Source: Calditrichaceae bacterium (GTDB lineage Bacteria > Calditrichota > Calditrichia > Calditrichales > JBFXGD01). Taken from it: a stretch of 64,000 bases of DNA. Location: positions 112,194-176,193 of the forward strand of contig JBFXLE010000005.1 in assembly GCA_050173015.1 (NCBI GenBank), written 5' to 3'. A program made the translations under genes and the position numbers. Shown here in pieces: positions 22,909 through 34,249 of this stretch (its first letter is position 1; each line of letters opens with the position of its first letter). The notes under the pieces are model-generated. The model did no database searches, had not been told where the DNA came from, and saw nothing but the letters and a program-made list of their open reading frames with translations.

Positions 22909-24114
22909 ATGAAATCTAAGCTTATATTAATTTCAATTGTGTTTTTGGCATCATTATGGGGATGCTCAGATCTGGAAGATACACCTTCCAGCGCTGAATT
23001 TAATCTTGATGATCGCTATGGTTCGTTTGTAATAGATACGATTTACGCGGTAAAAGATACTTTTATCGTTGGTGATTATTTCGATACAGATCTTTCCGAG
23101 AAACTGTCAGTTGGCAAGATTGATGGGATTGAAGCCAGTTTCCTCATTAAAGTTCTAAGTTTTCCCGACAGCGCGCTTCACCTGGATTCTGCGTTTATAT
23201 TGCTAAATGGGGCCGGTACTTTTTCAAGAGACATTCAGAATATTGATCTCAAAATTTATGAAACCGGAAAAGAATGGGAACAAGATGTCAATAAAGATGA
23301 GACGTGGCATCATTTTCAGCCGGCAACGGATCCAATAATAAATTATTCCCTGGATGTGGATGATACTACGGAGCATAAAATTTCTATTGATCCGGAAGTG
23401 GTTTTGAGATGGCGCGATGAGCAAGAATTAAACACCGGGCTATATTTTAAAGCGGCTGAAAATACGGATGGTGTAATTAAGGAATTCGGATCATTTAATT
23501 CCAGCACACTATTTCCAAAAATTGTGTATGTAATGAGTACGGACACATCTACAATTCGGGATACTATTAATGTTGGTCTGGATGCTACTATTTTTGATTA
23601 TCCAGATGACGGTAGCGGCGCGTTCGATCTCAGCAAGAACGAAGATAAATTGTTTGTATCAAGCGGGATTTCAGCGCATTCGTTTTTTAAGTTTGATTTT
23701 TCTGTAATACCAAAGACCGCCTTGATTGACCAGGCCATTTTATCGGTTGAGATAGATGATGATAATGATCTTGAAAATCCGGGCCATTCCGCAACGTTTT
23801 ATATTAGATCAATTACTGAAGCGAGCGAGGATCTAAGTACCTATGAAATGGATTCTCTGTTCATCACATATGCAGATTTGAATTTCCTGCATTCTGAAGA
23901 TGACGGAATGCTGGTGACCTCCGAAACAAGCAGATCAAGTTTTGGAAAAAATCTAATTCAGCTAAGCGTAGATGGATCTGTAACGAATGAGTGGTTATAT
24001 CTGCAATATGTTTCAGAAAGAACAGATTTTTCGGTTAAAAAGTTTCGCGGCTTAGAATCGTATGTTAATCATCCGCCAAGGATCATCGTCAAGTATTTTA
24101 GAGTAGAACAATAA
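22909..24114 (+). CDS. Putative lipoprotein
   Basis: Signal peptide with lipobox LWGC; acidic, beta-rich mature part. Confidence 0.65.
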   Translation: MKSKLILISIVFLASLWGCSDLEDTPSSAEFNLDDRYGSFVIDTIYAVKDTFIVGDYFDTDLSEKLSVGKIDGIEASFLIKVLSFPDSALHLDSAFILLNGAGTFSRDIQNIDLKIYETGKEWEQDVNKDETWHHFQPATDPIINYSLDVDDTTEHKISIDPEVVLRWRDEQELNTGLYFKAAENTDGVIKEFGSFNSSTLFPKIVYVMSTDTSTIRDTINVGLDATIFDYPDDGSGAFDLSKNEDKLFVSSGISAHSFFKFDFSVIPKTALIDQAILSVEIDDDNDLENPGHSATFYIRSITEASEDLSTYEMDSLFITYADLNFLHSEDDGMLVTSETSRSSFGKNLIQLSVDGSVTNEWLYLQYVSERTDFSVKKFRGLESYVNHPPRIIVKYFRVEQ

Positions 24115-24139
24115 TCTTAAAAATGAATTGGACCTGTGA

Positions 24140-25345
24140 ATGAAACGAAATATTGTGATTTTTCTTTTACTTCTTGTAAATATATCTTTCGCCGGTGAAT
24201 CGATGTTCGGAGTGGTCGATAATGGCGTTGGTTTCTTAAAAACAATCAGTTCGGCAGCGGGACAGGGAAGATCCTATGAGATGGCCGTGAATGATTCTGT
24301 GCAGTTAAACTATAGAAATTATGCAAACTGGACGAGTATCCCAAATACATCATTTACAATTAAGTTTGGATATGACGCGATTTTTTCGGATGACCTGACG
24401 AATGATTATTACGGGGATTCCGGAAATTTTCAGGGCGGGTATCTCGCCATACCGATCTTGCAGAGAAAATTAATTTTAGGCGGTGGTATTCAGCCGATCA
24501 CGAACGTGGAACAGCGTATCGTTGATGAGACCAGTTATGATTCAGGTAGCACTACGGTTATTAAAGAAAATTTATTTATGGATGGTGGGCTCGACAGAGC
24601 GCTGCTTAATCTTTCATACAGATTTAATTTGCTAAGTGTCAGTCTCGGGTGGGAATATACATTTGGCAATATAACCGAGAATCTGGTTCTCGATATAGAA
24701 GATAATACCACATCCCAACTGTATTTAAATTATGACAATTTATACTCGGGACATGGTATGGTGATCAATGCGTTTACAGATAAAATTAAGGATGTGAATC
24801 TGGGAGTCACCATACGTCCGGCAGTGGACCTTGATCTTGAAAGAAAGGGCGATTCCAATTCGGAAGTAGTCGATAAAACCCAAAAGAGCACGGTGACTCT
24901 TCCTGCGGAATATAATCTGGGTATGGAATACCAGATTAGCAATCGCCTGGCGGCCGGCATGGATGTGATGTATCAGGATTGGAAGAACGGTTATAAAATC
25001 GATGGAAATAAAGTTGAAAACTATGAAAAATATTATAAAATTGGTGTAGGAATAGAAAGAAAATCAAGCGAGAAAAGATTCATCAATTTAGGCCAGCAGA
25101 TTGATTATAGAATGGGCCTATATCTGAGTCAATTAAATATCACAAGAAATGAAGAACCCGTAAAGGAATATGGACTTTCTCTGGGGTTTTCATTGCCGAT
25201 TCAGAGGTTCCGGTCCAAAATTGATTTTTCCGGTATCGTTGGCAAACGCGGAAGTCTTTCTACCAATGGCCTGGAAGAGACATTCGTTTCATTCGGTATA
25301 TCGGTAAGCGCCAGTGAGAAATGGTTTGTGAAGCTTGACAAGTGA
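24140..25345 (+). CDS. Putative outer-membrane beta-barrel protein (FadL-like)
   Basis: Signal peptide, alternating amphipathic strands, C-terminal EKWF. Confidence 0.6.
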   Translation: MKRNIVIFLLLLVNISFAGESMFGVVDNGVGFLKTISSAAGQGRSYEMAVNDSVQLNYRNYANWTSIPNTSFTIKFGYDAIFSDDLTNDYYGDSGNFQGGYLAIPILQRKLILGGGIQPITNVEQRIVDETSYDSGSTTVIKENLFMDGGLDRALLNLSYRFNLLSVSLGWEYTFGNITENLVLDIEDNTTSQLYLNYDNLYSGHGMVINAFTDKIKDVNLGVTIRPAVDLDLERKGDSNSEVVDKTQKSTVTLPAEYNLGMEYQISNRLAAGMDVMYQDWKNGYKIDGNKVENYEKYYKIGVGIERKSSEKRFINLGQQIDYRMGLYLSQLNITRNEEPVKEYGLSLGFSLPIQRFRSKIDFSGIVGKRGSLSTNGLEETFVSFGISVSASEKWFVKLDK

Positions 25346-25355
25346 TGCGTGAATA

Positions 25356-26648
25356 ATGGAGGATTCAGAAATGATTAAAATGAAATGGTTGTTAATCATC
25401 ACGGTTTTAATGACTATGGCAGCATTTAATTCACCGCTGCAGGCTCAGGTAGATGAAATACTGGAGCTGGATTCAACAGAACAGACAGAACAAAATAATT
25501 GTGTGCCCGAAAATTTAAATACACCTTATGATAAATTTGCAGAGACTGAATTTGAAACCAGTGTTCCAATGCTGTATAACTTCGGAACAGAGCATTTTAA
25601 AAACAAAAATTATAAGGAAGCTCTGCCTTATTTATGGAAAGTGTTTTTGCATGATGAAGGCAAAAGAGCGCGCTTATCTATCAGTAAAATAGCGCAAATA
25701 TATTTTGAAGAACAAAAAGTGGATAGTGTATTAATTTCCTGTTTCAGGGGTTTGGAACGTTTTCCGGAATTGATCCTTCTGCATTATTATGCCGGTTATA
25801 TTCAGGATAAGCTTGGTAAATTCCGCTGCGCGATTCCTCATTATGAAAAACTGGTGGAGAGTGATTCCACAAATAAAGCATATCTGAAAACGATTGCTTT
25901 CCTCTATTATAAGGATGAGGATGAAAGGGCGATAGAAATGCAGGAAAGATTGGTCGCTCTTGATCCGGCTAACTCGGAGGAGGCAAATTCTCTGGCCCAA
26001 TACAATGTATATTTCCATGGAGCCGGAGCCGGGCTGGACGCCTACAAACAGGCTTATGAGAATGATCCGGAAAATGTGGATGTTGCCTTAAGTTACGGAA
26101 AGTCTGCTCTGGAATCAGGCAAATATAACGAATCGCTTGAACCGTTGAGCAAAGCAATCGCAAAAAATCCGGGCACAAAAGCCCTGACTCTGAGAGCGTC
26201 GGCTTATGAAAACCTGAGCAGATTTAATGATGCGATTTCTGACTATAAAAAAGTTTTGGAAAATGAACCAAACAACGCGGATGTCATGTTAAACATTTCC
26301 TTGAATTACCGTTCATTGAATAGCTATAGTAACGCAAACTATTGGATAAGTAAAGCTCTGAGCGCGAAACCCGGTTATGGTTTTGCTTATATCATCAGAG
26401 GGGAGCTTTATGAAGCGGCTGTTTCATATTGCCAGGGTCAGAGAGGCGGCAAAGTAAAATATGAAGATAAACTGGTATATGAAAAAGCGAATTCCGAATA
26501 TGATAAAGCGAAGAATGATCCTATCTTCCGTTCAAAAGCGACGGTCAAACAAAATAATTTAAAACCGTTTTTACCGACAACTGAAGATAAATTTATGCAC
26601 AAGAACGATAAGATAAAAGACGACTGCTTCAGTTGGATCGCTAATTAG
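25356..26648 (+). CDS. Exported TPR-repeat protein
   Basis: Signal peptide and repeated A...Y.K....P.N TPR patterns. Confidence 0.75.
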   Translation: MEDSEMIKMKWLLIITVLMTMAAFNSPLQAQVDEILELDSTEQTEQNNCVPENLNTPYDKFAETEFETSVPMLYNFGTEHFKNKNYKEALPYLWKVFLHDEGKRARLSISKIAQIYFEEQKVDSVLISCFRGLERFPELILLHYYAGYIQDKLGKFRCAIPHYEKLVESDSTNKAYLKTIAFLYYKDEDERAIEMQERLVALDPANSEEANSLAQYNVYFHGAGAGLDAYKQAYENDPENVDVALSYGKSALESGKYNESLEPLSKAIAKNPGTKALTLRASAYENLSRFNDAISDYKKVLENEPNNADVMLNISLNYRSLNSYSNANYWISKALSAKPGYGFAYIIRGELYEAAVSYCQGQRGGKVKYEDKLVYEKANSEYDKAKNDPIFRSKATVKQNNLKPFLPTTEDKFMHKNDKIKDDCFSWIAN

Positions 26649-26657
26649 GAGTATGAT

Positions 26658-27098
26658 TTGAAGATAGCAATTGGTTCTGATCACGCAGGGTATTTGCTGA
26701 AAGAAACGATTAAAAAATTTCTTGGCGAAAAGGAAATCGAATTTACTGATTATGGTACATTTAAAATGGATTCAGTCGATTATCCTGAATATAGTTATAA
26801 GGTCGGTCAGTCGGTAGCGTCCGGTGATTGTGACCTGGGCATTCTTATATGCGGAACCGGAATCGGAATGTGTATTACGGCAAATAAAATTAAAGGAATC
26901 CGTGCTGCTCTGGCCTATAATGTTGAAACAGCTCAGCTAAGCCGTTTGCATAATGACTCGAATGTATTGTGCTTAGGCGGAAGGATGTTAAAAGAAGAAG
27001 ACGCTCTTGAAATAGTCGACGCCTGGTTTAATACAACTTTTGAAGGGGGACGCCACCAATCCAGGCTTAACCTGATTTCTCAATTAACAGGATTGTAA
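26658..27098 (+). CDS. rpiB: Ribose-5-phosphate isomerase B
   Basis: IGSDHAG, CGTGIGM, HNDSNVL, FEGGRH. Confidence 0.95.
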   Translation: MKIAIGSDHAGYLLKETIKKFLGEKEIEFTDYGTFKMDSVDYPEYSYKVGQSVASGDCDLGILICGTGIGMCITANKIKGIRAALAYNVETAQLSRLHNDSNVLCLGGRMLKEEDALEIVDAWFNTTFEGGRHQSRLNLISQLTGL

Positions 27099-27108
27099 GG
27101 GAGTTGTT

Positions 27109-28404
27109 ATGTTAGAAGAACTGAAAAAATCTGATCCCGAAGTATATGAATCCATCGTTAAAGAACTTGATCGGCAAAATAATACTCTTGAACTGATCGC
27201 TTCAGAAAATTTTGTATCACAGGCTGTTTTGGAAGCAAATGGCTCGGTATTGACTAATAAATATGCCGAAGGATATCCCGGGAAAAGATATTACGGAGGC
27301 TGTGAATTTGTTGATATCGCGGAAGATCTGGCAAGAGACCGGGCAAAAACGCTCTTTAATTGTGAATATGTAAACGTCCAACCGCACTCAGGTTCACAAG
27401 CGAATATGGCGGTTTATTTTACATATCTTGAACACGGCGATAAAATCCTTGGAATGGATCTCGCTCACGGCGGGCATTTAACACACGGATCACCCGTAAA
27501 TTTTTCAGGAAAGATCTATAATTTTGTCTCATACGGAGTAAATAAAGAGACCGGTTATATTGATATGTCTGTGGTAGCAAAACAAGCCCGCGAGCATAAA
27601 CCGAAGATGATTGTTGTGGGCGCCAGCGCCTATTCAAGACATTATGAATTTGCTAAATTTAAAGAAATCGCTGATGAAATCGGCGCCATATTATTTGCAG
27701 ATGTCGCTCATCCTTCGGGATTGATCGCCGCGGGGCTGCATCCCAGCCCGATACCCCATTGTGATGTGGTAACGACGACCACACATAAGACATTGCGCGG
27801 CCCGAGGGGCGGAATGATTATGGCGGGGAAAGATACTGAAAATAAAATGGGTATTATCGCCCCAAAATCAGGCCGCGTGAAAATGATGTCGGAAATCATC
27901 GATAGTAACGTGATGCCCGGAATTCAGGGCGGTCCTCTTATGCATGTGATAGCCGCAAAAGCTGTTGCATTTGGAGAAGCCTTAAAACCGGAATTTAAAA
28001 CATATGCCGCTCAAATTATTAAAAATGCAAAAACACTTGCCGATAGCCTGATAGAAAAAGGGTACGATATTGTTTCAGGTGGCACGGATAATCATGTTTT
28101 TCTGGTGGATTTAACAAATAAAAACATCACCGGAAAAGCCGCCGAAAACGCATTGCATGCCGCGGGAATTACGGTGAATAAAAACATGGTGCCGTTTGAT
28201 ACGAGAAGTCCTTTTGTAACCAGTGGAATTCGTCTTGGGACGGCAGCCCTTACCACGAAGGGTATGATTGAAAAAGAAATGAAATTGATTGCCGGATATA
28301 TAGATAAAGTATTAACCAATATTGACGATGAGCAGGTGTACAGAGAAATAAATGGTAATATAAAAGAACTGAATCGCCATTTTCAGTTATATAAGCTTGA
28401 TTAA
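27109..28404 (+). CDS. glyA: Serine hydroxymethyltransferase
   Basis: [35 protein letters not shown]. Confidence 0.98.
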   Translation: MLEELKKSDPEVYESIVKELDRQNNTLELIASENFVSQAVLEANGSVLTNKYAEGYPGKRYYGGCEFVDIAEDLARDRAKTLFNCEYVNVQPHSGSQANMAVYFTYLEHGDKILGMDLAHGGHLTHGSPVNFSGKIYNFVSYGVNKETGYIDMSVVAKQAREHKPKMIVVGASAYSRHYEFAKFKEIADEIGAILFADVAHPSGLIAAGLHPSPIPHCDVVTTTTHKTLRGPRGGMIMAGKDTENKMGIIAPKSGRVKMMSEIIDSNVMPGIQGGPLMHVIAAKAVAFGEALKPEFKTYAAQIIKNAKTLADSLIEKGYDIVSGGTDNHVFLVDLTNKNITGKAAENALHAAGITVNKNMVPFDTRSPFVTSGIRLGTAALTTKGMIEKEMKLIAGYIDKVLTNIDDEQVYREINGNIKELNRHFQLYKLD

Positions 28405-28453
28405 GCATAAAATTAAACACATCTTTTTGGATTGAGCATAAAGTAGACGGATT

Positions 28454-29182
28454 ATGAAAGAAGTTGAAATGCACTTCCTGGATCATCTGGAAGAACTTCG
28501 GTGGCGAATATTGAAAGCGCTCGCATTCGTATTTGTACTGACTATAATCTGTTTTGCGTTTTCTGATCAGATCTTAAATCTGCTGCTGATTCCAACCGAG
28601 AATTTAACTTACAAAATTAATCTGCAAGTCCTTAAAGTGCAGACCATTTTTGTAATTAAACTGGAATTGGCTCTGATCGCAGGGATTATCCTAAGTCTGC
28701 CGGTCATATTTTATCAAATCTGGGCATTTATCGCGCCGGGTCTTCTGGATCGTGAAAGAAAATATATCATACCCGTCATAACTTTTGCGACACTTAGCTT
28801 TCTTGCTGGCAGCGCGTTTGCCTATTATATTATTGTACCCTATTCACTGGAATTTTTTCTTAGTCTTGCCCCGCCCTCAATTACAAACAATATTGCCATA
28901 GATTTTTATTTTGGATATGTCATCAGAATCATCCTCGTTTTTGGTGTAGTATTTGAGTTACCGGTTGTTAGTTTGTTGCTGACAAAAATAGGGCTGATCA
29001 CGCCGTCGATGCTAAGAAAATACAGAAGCTACGCAATTGTAGTTATCTTTATTGCCGCCGCAATCTTAACACCTCCCGATCCTACCACACAAATACTGCT
29101 GGCGGTACCTCTTGTTATACTCTATGAAATTACCATCCTTGTCAGTTATTTCTTTGTCCGGAAGGACAAAAAATCCGCATAA
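28454..29182 (+). CDS. tatC: Twin-arginine translocase subunit TatC
   Basis: HLEELRWR, WAFIAPGL, FELP, ILTPPD, LYE. Confidence 0.95.
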   Translation: MKEVEMHFLDHLEELRWRILKALAFVFVLTIICFAFSDQILNLLLIPTENLTYKINLQVLKVQTIFVIKLELALIAGIILSLPVIFYQIWAFIAPGLLDRERKYIIPVITFATLSFLAGSAFAYYIIVPYSLEFFLSLAPPSITNNIAIDFYFGYVIRIILVFGVVFELPVVSLLLTKIGLITPSMLRKYRSYAIVVIFIAAAILTPPDPTTQILLAVPLVILYEITILVSYFFVRKDKKSA

Positions 29183-29240
29183 TGGTTCGACAGATAATGT
29201 TGATTAACTTGATATTAATGTTTACATTAATTTCTTTTTT

Positions 29241-30254
29241 ATGATTATGGAAAATAGTTTAATCAAGGATAAAAGAGATAAATTGAATTTAAGCGCGATA
29301 AAGAAACCTTTTAAAAAAGAATTAGATGAATACGATATCACTTTTAATAAAATAATGTCATCTGATGTCAAACTGATTGATTCCGTTGTAAAGTATATTG
29401 TCCGTCATAAAGGTAAAAATCTTCGTCCTCTGCTCGTATTAATGTCCGCTAAATTAGTGGGAACGACCAATGAAAATACATACATAGTCGCGTCAATTGT
29501 TGAAATGCTGCATTCCGCCTCATTAATACATGATGATGTAGTCGATGATTCAGATATGCGAAGAAGTTTTCCGTCAATAAACGCCATATGGAAAAATAAA
29601 ATTGCTGTTCTCATCGGTGACTATTTATTGTCAAAATGTTTAATAGGCGCGACGATGTCCGGTAAGCTGGAAGTCATGAATATTTTAGCTCACGCGTCGA
29701 AGAGGCTTAGTAAGGGAGAATTGCTGCAGATTGAAAAGTCGCTGAAAATGAATATTACGGAAGAAGACTACTTTAAAATGATTTCTGATAAAACCGCCGC
29801 GCTCATAAGCGCCGCGGCGGAGCTAGGCGCTCTAACGACATCATCCAACGAAAAAGACCACGAAAATCTCAGAAATTTTGGTGAATATCTCGGCATAGCG
29901 TTTCAGATCAAAGATGATTTACTGGACTATTACGGTCATCAAAGTATTCTTGGAAAGCCGGTCGGTAATGATTTCAAAGATAAAAAAATTACTTTGCCAT
30001 TAATCTACGCGTTTCAGAATTCTAAAGACGGGGAAATTAAAAAGATAAAAAAGGCCCTGAAGAAAGGCGTTAATAAAGCCGATGTAAAGAAAATTATCGG
30101 ATTCGCGGAAAAGAACGGCGGAATCGATTATGCCAAGCAAAAACAAAATGAATACGCCCAGAAGGCCAAAGATTGTCTGGAAGAATATCCGGATTCGGAT
30201 TTAAAATCGGCAATGTGGCATTTCGTGGATTATGTTATTGAGAGAAAAATGTAA
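29241..30254 (+). CDS. Polyprenyl diphosphate synthase (IspB-like)
   Basis: GKNLRP, LIHDDVVD, KTA, FQIKDDLLD. Confidence 0.92.
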   Translation: MIMENSLIKDKRDKLNLSAIKKPFKKELDEYDITFNKIMSSDVKLIDSVVKYIVRHKGKNLRPLLVLMSAKLVGTTNENTYIVASIVEMLHSASLIHDDVVDDSDMRRSFPSINAIWKNKIAVLIGDYLLSKCLIGATMSGKLEVMNILAHASKRLSKGELLQIEKSLKMNITEEDYFKMISDKTAALISAAAELGALTTSSNEKDHENLRNFGEYLGIAFQIKDDLLDYYGHQSILGKPVGNDFKDKKITLPLIYAFQNSKDGEIKKIKKALKKGVNKADVKKIIGFAEKNGGIDYAKQKQNEYAQKAKDCLEEYPDSDLKSAMWHFVDYVIERKM

Positions 30255-30259
30255 GAAAG

Positions 30260-31291
30260 ATGAGTGACAATTCTCCAAAAATATTAATAATTCGGCTAAG
30301 CTCCATCGGTGATGTACTACTAACCACTCCATTTATAAGACAAGCCCGTATCAAATTCCCAACGGCTCAAATAGATTTCGTTGTTAAAAAGGAATTCGCG
30401 GACCTGATAAAACATAATCCCCACATCAACCATGTGCATATATTTGACAAGCATAATAAAAACAAGGGATTAAAACATCTTTTACAGCAAATTAAAGCGG
30501 TCAATTACAACTATATATTTGATCTGCATAATAATTTCCGGTCAAAATATTTGTTGAAAGCCGGAAGCAATGCCGCACAATCGCATATTAAAAAAGACAA
30601 ATTGAAACGAGCGCTTCTTGTTTACGCCAAAATAAATCTCTATAGTGAAATTAAACCAATCCCCCTCAGGTATTTGGATGTCGGAAAGCTGGCAGGCATA
30701 GAAAACGATTTCCAGGGACTTGAAATTTTCTGGAAAAACGCGGTTGAGGAGAAAATTGACCGAATCCTGAAAGAGAGGGGTGTCAAGAGTGATTATATCG
30801 TATTTGCCCCGGGAGCCGGATTTTTTACAAAACAATGGCCGATAGAATATTTTAAGGATCTCACGAGGTTGTTTTTAGAAAAACGTGAAGAAAATATCAT
30901 CATACTCGGCGGGAAAAATGAAATCGGTAAATTCGATTCACTTGAAATATCCGGGAAAGTGATTAATTTAACCGGAAAATTAAGTTTGTTGGAATCGGCA
31001 GCGGTTTTATCGCGCGCAAGAGCAGTTGTGTCAAATGATTCCGGATTGATGCATATGGCATCCGCTGTAAAGACGCCTGTCGTGGCGATCTTTGGGTCGA
31101 CGGTCAAAGAGCTGGGATTCTTCCCTTACAGAAGCAATTCGATCATAATTGAAAATCGGGATTTGAAATGCCGTCCATGTTCACACATCGGAAGGAAAAA
31201 ATGCCCTCGGGGTCATTTTAAGTGTATGCTTGAGATAGAACCCGATCTGGTATTTAAGAATGCGGAAGCCATATTGACGGGGAAGTTATAA
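30260..31291 (+). CDS. GT9 lipopolysaccharide heptosyltransferase
   Basis: IRLSSIGDV, NDSGLMHMA, IFGST, CRPC. Confidence 0.88.
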   Translation: MSDNSPKILIIRLSSIGDVLLTTPFIRQARIKFPTAQIDFVVKKEFADLIKHNPHINHVHIFDKHNKNKGLKHLLQQIKAVNYNYIFDLHNNFRSKYLLKAGSNAAQSHIKKDKLKRALLVYAKINLYSEIKPIPLRYLDVGKLAGIENDFQGLEIFWKNAVEEKIDRILKERGVKSDYIVFAPGAGFFTKQWPIEYFKDLTRLFLEKREENIIILGGKNEIGKFDSLEISGKVINLTGKLSLLESAAVLSRARAVVSNDSGLMHMASAVKTPVVAIFGSTVKELGFFPYRSNSIIIENRDLKCRPCSHIGRKKCPRGHFKCMLEIEPDLVFKNAEAILTGKL

Positions 31292-32569
31292 ATGATGAAA
31301 TGGGTAACCGGTTCAATATATACATACTTCGTTTTTCCGTGCATTCTATTAATCGCAAAGACGGTAAGCTTGTTCAACAAAGAAATAAGAAAAGCTCTGA
31401 ATCTGAGATATCGTGTTTTTGACGAACTGAAGCGGATAAAAGATACGATACCCCGGGAAAATAAAATCGTCCTGCTGCACGCCGCGTCGATGGGTGAATT
31501 TGAACACATAAAACCACTCATAACAAAACTTAAATCAACATATAACACTTCAATAATTGTGACGTTTTTTTCGCCATCCGCCTATGAAAACGTCAAGCAG
31601 TATCCCGGTGTTGAATTGTTTATTTATCTGCCATTGGACAAAAGGTCAAACTGGCAAAAATTTTATGATATTTTAAAACCGGATTTGATCATTATTTCAA
31701 AACATGATGTATGGCCCAATCAAATATGGATGGCTAAGAAATACGGAATTCCAATATTTCTCGTCAATGCTTCCTTATCCGGGGATTCAAGCAGGACAAA
31801 ATTCTGGATACGTTCTTTTCTTAAATATGTGTATCGCTCCTTTGATCATATTTTTGCCATAAGCACCCAGGACATGGAAAGATTTGCCAAATACTTCCCG
31901 CGTTGCCGCGTATCTAAGATGGGAGATACAAAATTTGATCAGGTATTGATCAGAAAAGATGAGGCAGCCGCTAAACAATTTATTCCGGAAAACTGGACCA
32001 AAAACAGTTTGGTCATTCTCCTGGGAAGCATCTGGCCGGAAGATTCTGAACATATTCTGCCCGCTGTCGGTTCTATATTAGAAAAAAAATCCAATGTAAA
32101 GGTTATTGTGGTCCCGCATCAGCCATCCACTCAATATATTGAGTCATTAAGTGTGCGCCTGCAGAAGTTTAACCCGGTACTCTTTACAGATCGAAGCCGT
32201 CTTGCGGAATCCCGTTTGCTGATAGTTGATGTGGTCGGTGTGTTGGCTGATCTTTACAAATACGCGAATATCGCCTATGTCGGCGGCAGTTTTAAACAGG
32301 GAATCCATAATGTGATGGAACCGGCCATATATAAGATTCCCGTCCTTTACGGTCCGATTCACACTAATTCATTCGAAGCCATAAATTTACTTAAAGCCGG
32401 CGGCAGTATTCTTCTGAATAATGAAAATGATGGCCTGGCGATTATGGAAGATTTGGCGGGGAATGAAAATAATCGTATCGAAATTGGCGAAAAGGCATAT
32501 CGGTTTGCTGTTGAAAATCTTGGCGCTACGGACAGAATTGTTAAAGAATGGGGAAGATATCTAAGTTGA
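31292..32569 (+). CDS. waaA: 3-deoxy-D-manno-octulosonate (Kdo) transferase
   Basis: HAASMGE, YLPLD, GDTKFD, YVGGSF, HNVMEPA. Confidence 0.9.
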   Translation: MMKWVTGSIYTYFVFPCILLIAKTVSLFNKEIRKALNLRYRVFDELKRIKDTIPRENKIVLLHAASMGEFEHIKPLITKLKSTYNTSIIVTFFSPSAYENVKQYPGVELFIYLPLDKRSNWQKFYDILKPDLIIISKHDVWPNQIWMAKKYGIPIFLVNASLSGDSSRTKFWIRSFLKYVYRSFDHIFAISTQDMERFAKYFPRCRVSKMGDTKFDQVLIRKDEAAAKQFIPENWTKNSLVILLGSIWPEDSEHILPAVGSILEKKSNVKVIVVPHQPSTQYIESLSVRLQKFNPVLFTDRSRLAESRLLIVDVVGVLADLYKYANIAYVGGSFKQGIHNVMEPAIYKIPVLYGPIHTNSFEAINLLKAGGSILLNNENDGLAIMEDLAGNENNRIEIGEKAYRFAVENLGATDRIVKEWGRYLS

Positions 32570-32603
32570 GCGTCACAGAAAAAATCTGACTGTTGAATAA
32601 ATT

Positions 32604-32638
32604 AAAAAAGCCCGCGATTTGATGACGGGCTTTTTTTT
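32604..32638. terminator. Bidirectional intrinsic terminator
   Basis: AAAAAAGCCCG...CGGGCTTTTTTTT between convergent waaA and aminotransferase genes. Confidence 0.8.
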
Positions 32639-32656
32639 ATACCTAAAATAGTTGGC

Positions 32657-33856
32657 TCAGGATACTCTTCCGGGGTATGCTTTTAATCCTTCAGACAGAA
32701 TAAACATGGCGCGCTTTATATCTGTAACATTCAATACATAGGCAATCCGGACTTCATTTTTCCCAAGACCGGGAGTAGAGTAAAAACCATTGGCCGGCGC
32801 GATCATAACGGTTTCGTTGTCAATATCAAAATCGGTCAGCATCCAGCGGGCAAAATTATCGGCGTCATCAACCGGTAATTTTACTACCAGATAGAACGCC
32901 CCCTTAGGCATTGGCGCGATCACACCGGGCATTGCTCTAAGCGCGTTTACCATCGTGTCCCGGCGTTCTTTGTACTCGGAGATCACGGCTTCAAAATATT
33001 CATTTGGCGTGTCTATTCCTGACTCCGCTCCTATCTGCTCAATTGTCGGAGGGCATAACCGGGCCATTCCGAATTTCAGCGCGGCTTCAATGATCCGATT
33101 GTTTTTTGTAACAATCATGCCGATACGCGCTCCGCAGGCCGAGTATCTTTTTGATACACTGTCAAGCATGATCGCCCGGTCTTCAATATCCGGTAAATGC
33201 ATGACCGATGTATGAGTCTCACCGTCATAGAGAAATTCCCGGTAAACTTCATCAGAAAGTAAAAAAAGATCATGTTTCTTTACGATTTCTTTTAATGCCA
33301 TCAGTTCCTTTTCAGAATAAACATACCCTGTCGGATTGTTTGGATTACAGATTAAAATAGCCCTCGTTTTATCAGTAATCTTTTCCGCGATGGATTGAAT
33401 AGATGGTAGCTGGAAATCATTTTCAATACTGGATGTGATGGGAACAATCCGTACACCGGCTTCAACCGCGAAGCCATTGTAATTTGTATAAAAGGGTTCC
33501 GGAACAATAATTTCGTCGCCGGGATCCGCGATGGCCATCAGTGTGAAAATAATGGCTTCACTTCCTCCGGTTGTTATCAGAATATCATCCATAGTGACAT
33601 TGATATTAAATTTGCGATAGTACTTTGTCATTTTTGTTCTGAGTGACGTCAGGCCTGCCGAAGGCCCGTAGGATAAGACAGGCATATTCAAATTTTTTAT
33701 CGGGTTCATAAATGAATCAGGCGTTTTAATGTCCGGCTGACCGATATTCAAATAATAAACATGTTTACCCTTTGCCACAGCCTGATCCGCGAACGGAACA
33801 AGTTTACGGATGGGGGAAGAAGGCATCAAATTACCGCGACTAGATAAGAATTTCAT
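32657..33856 (-). CDS. PLP-dependent class I/II aminotransferase (aspartate aminotransferase-like)
   Basis: NIGQPD, TTGGSEA, NPNNPTG, SDEVY, SVSKRYSACGARIG. The gene is on the minus strand (CAT at 33854-33856) although the track labels it +. Confidence 0.92.
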   Translation of the reverse strand: MKFLSSRGNLMPSSPIRKLVPFADQAVAKGKHVYYLNIGQPDIKTPDSFMNPIKNLNMPVLSYGPSAGLTSLRTKMTKYYRKFNINVTMDDILITTGGSEAIIFTLMAIADPGDEIIVPEPFYTNYNGFAVEAGVRIVPITSSIENDFQLPSIQSIAEKITDKTRAILICNPNNPTGYVYSEKELMALKEIVKKHDLFLLSDEVYREFLYDGETHTSVMHLPDIEDRAIMLDSVSKRYSACGARIGMIVTKNNRIIEAALKFGMARLCPPTIEQIGAESGIDTPNEYFEAVISEYKERRDTMVNALRAMPGVIAPMPKGAFYLVVKLPVDDADNFARWMLTDFDIDNETVMIAPANGFYSTPGLGKNEVRIAYVLNVTDIKRAMFILSEGLKAYPGRVS

Positions 33857-34249
33857 TTTATATTTATCCCTAAATTTATATTTTGTCTATAATATAATAT
33901 AGATAAAAAATATATCTATTGTTAAATAAAAAAAAGGATTAATCGACCTGAAAATAGCTAAAAAAAATAAAGAGAAGTTGTGAAAATAGGATTAAATGTC
34001 TAAATTGTGTGACTTCCTAAAATTAGGAAAAACAATAATATTTAACTTGAACGGTAAGAAATAAGAATATTAAATCATTGAATTAAATTTTATATTAATT
34101 CTAAAATAAATATAGGCTTACGAGATTTGTATATATAACCGGTATCAATGGCATATAATTTGTAATAATACAGAATCAATGCAAATTTCTATAGTTCTGA
34201 AAACAAGGTTAAAATATAAACCTTCACCGCACAACAGAAGGAGTCGCGC

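Noticed and set aside
32657-33856. ORF track lists the aminotransferase on the + strand
   Set aside because: The given protein is the reverse complement (CAT at 33854-33856, TCA at 32657-32659), so the gene is on the minus strand. The bidirectional terminator at 32604 agrees.
33857-34249. AT-rich divergent promoter region upstream of nifJ as a possible FNR/Rex site or ncRNA
   Set aside because: No convincing palindrome or structured motif could be identified by eye.
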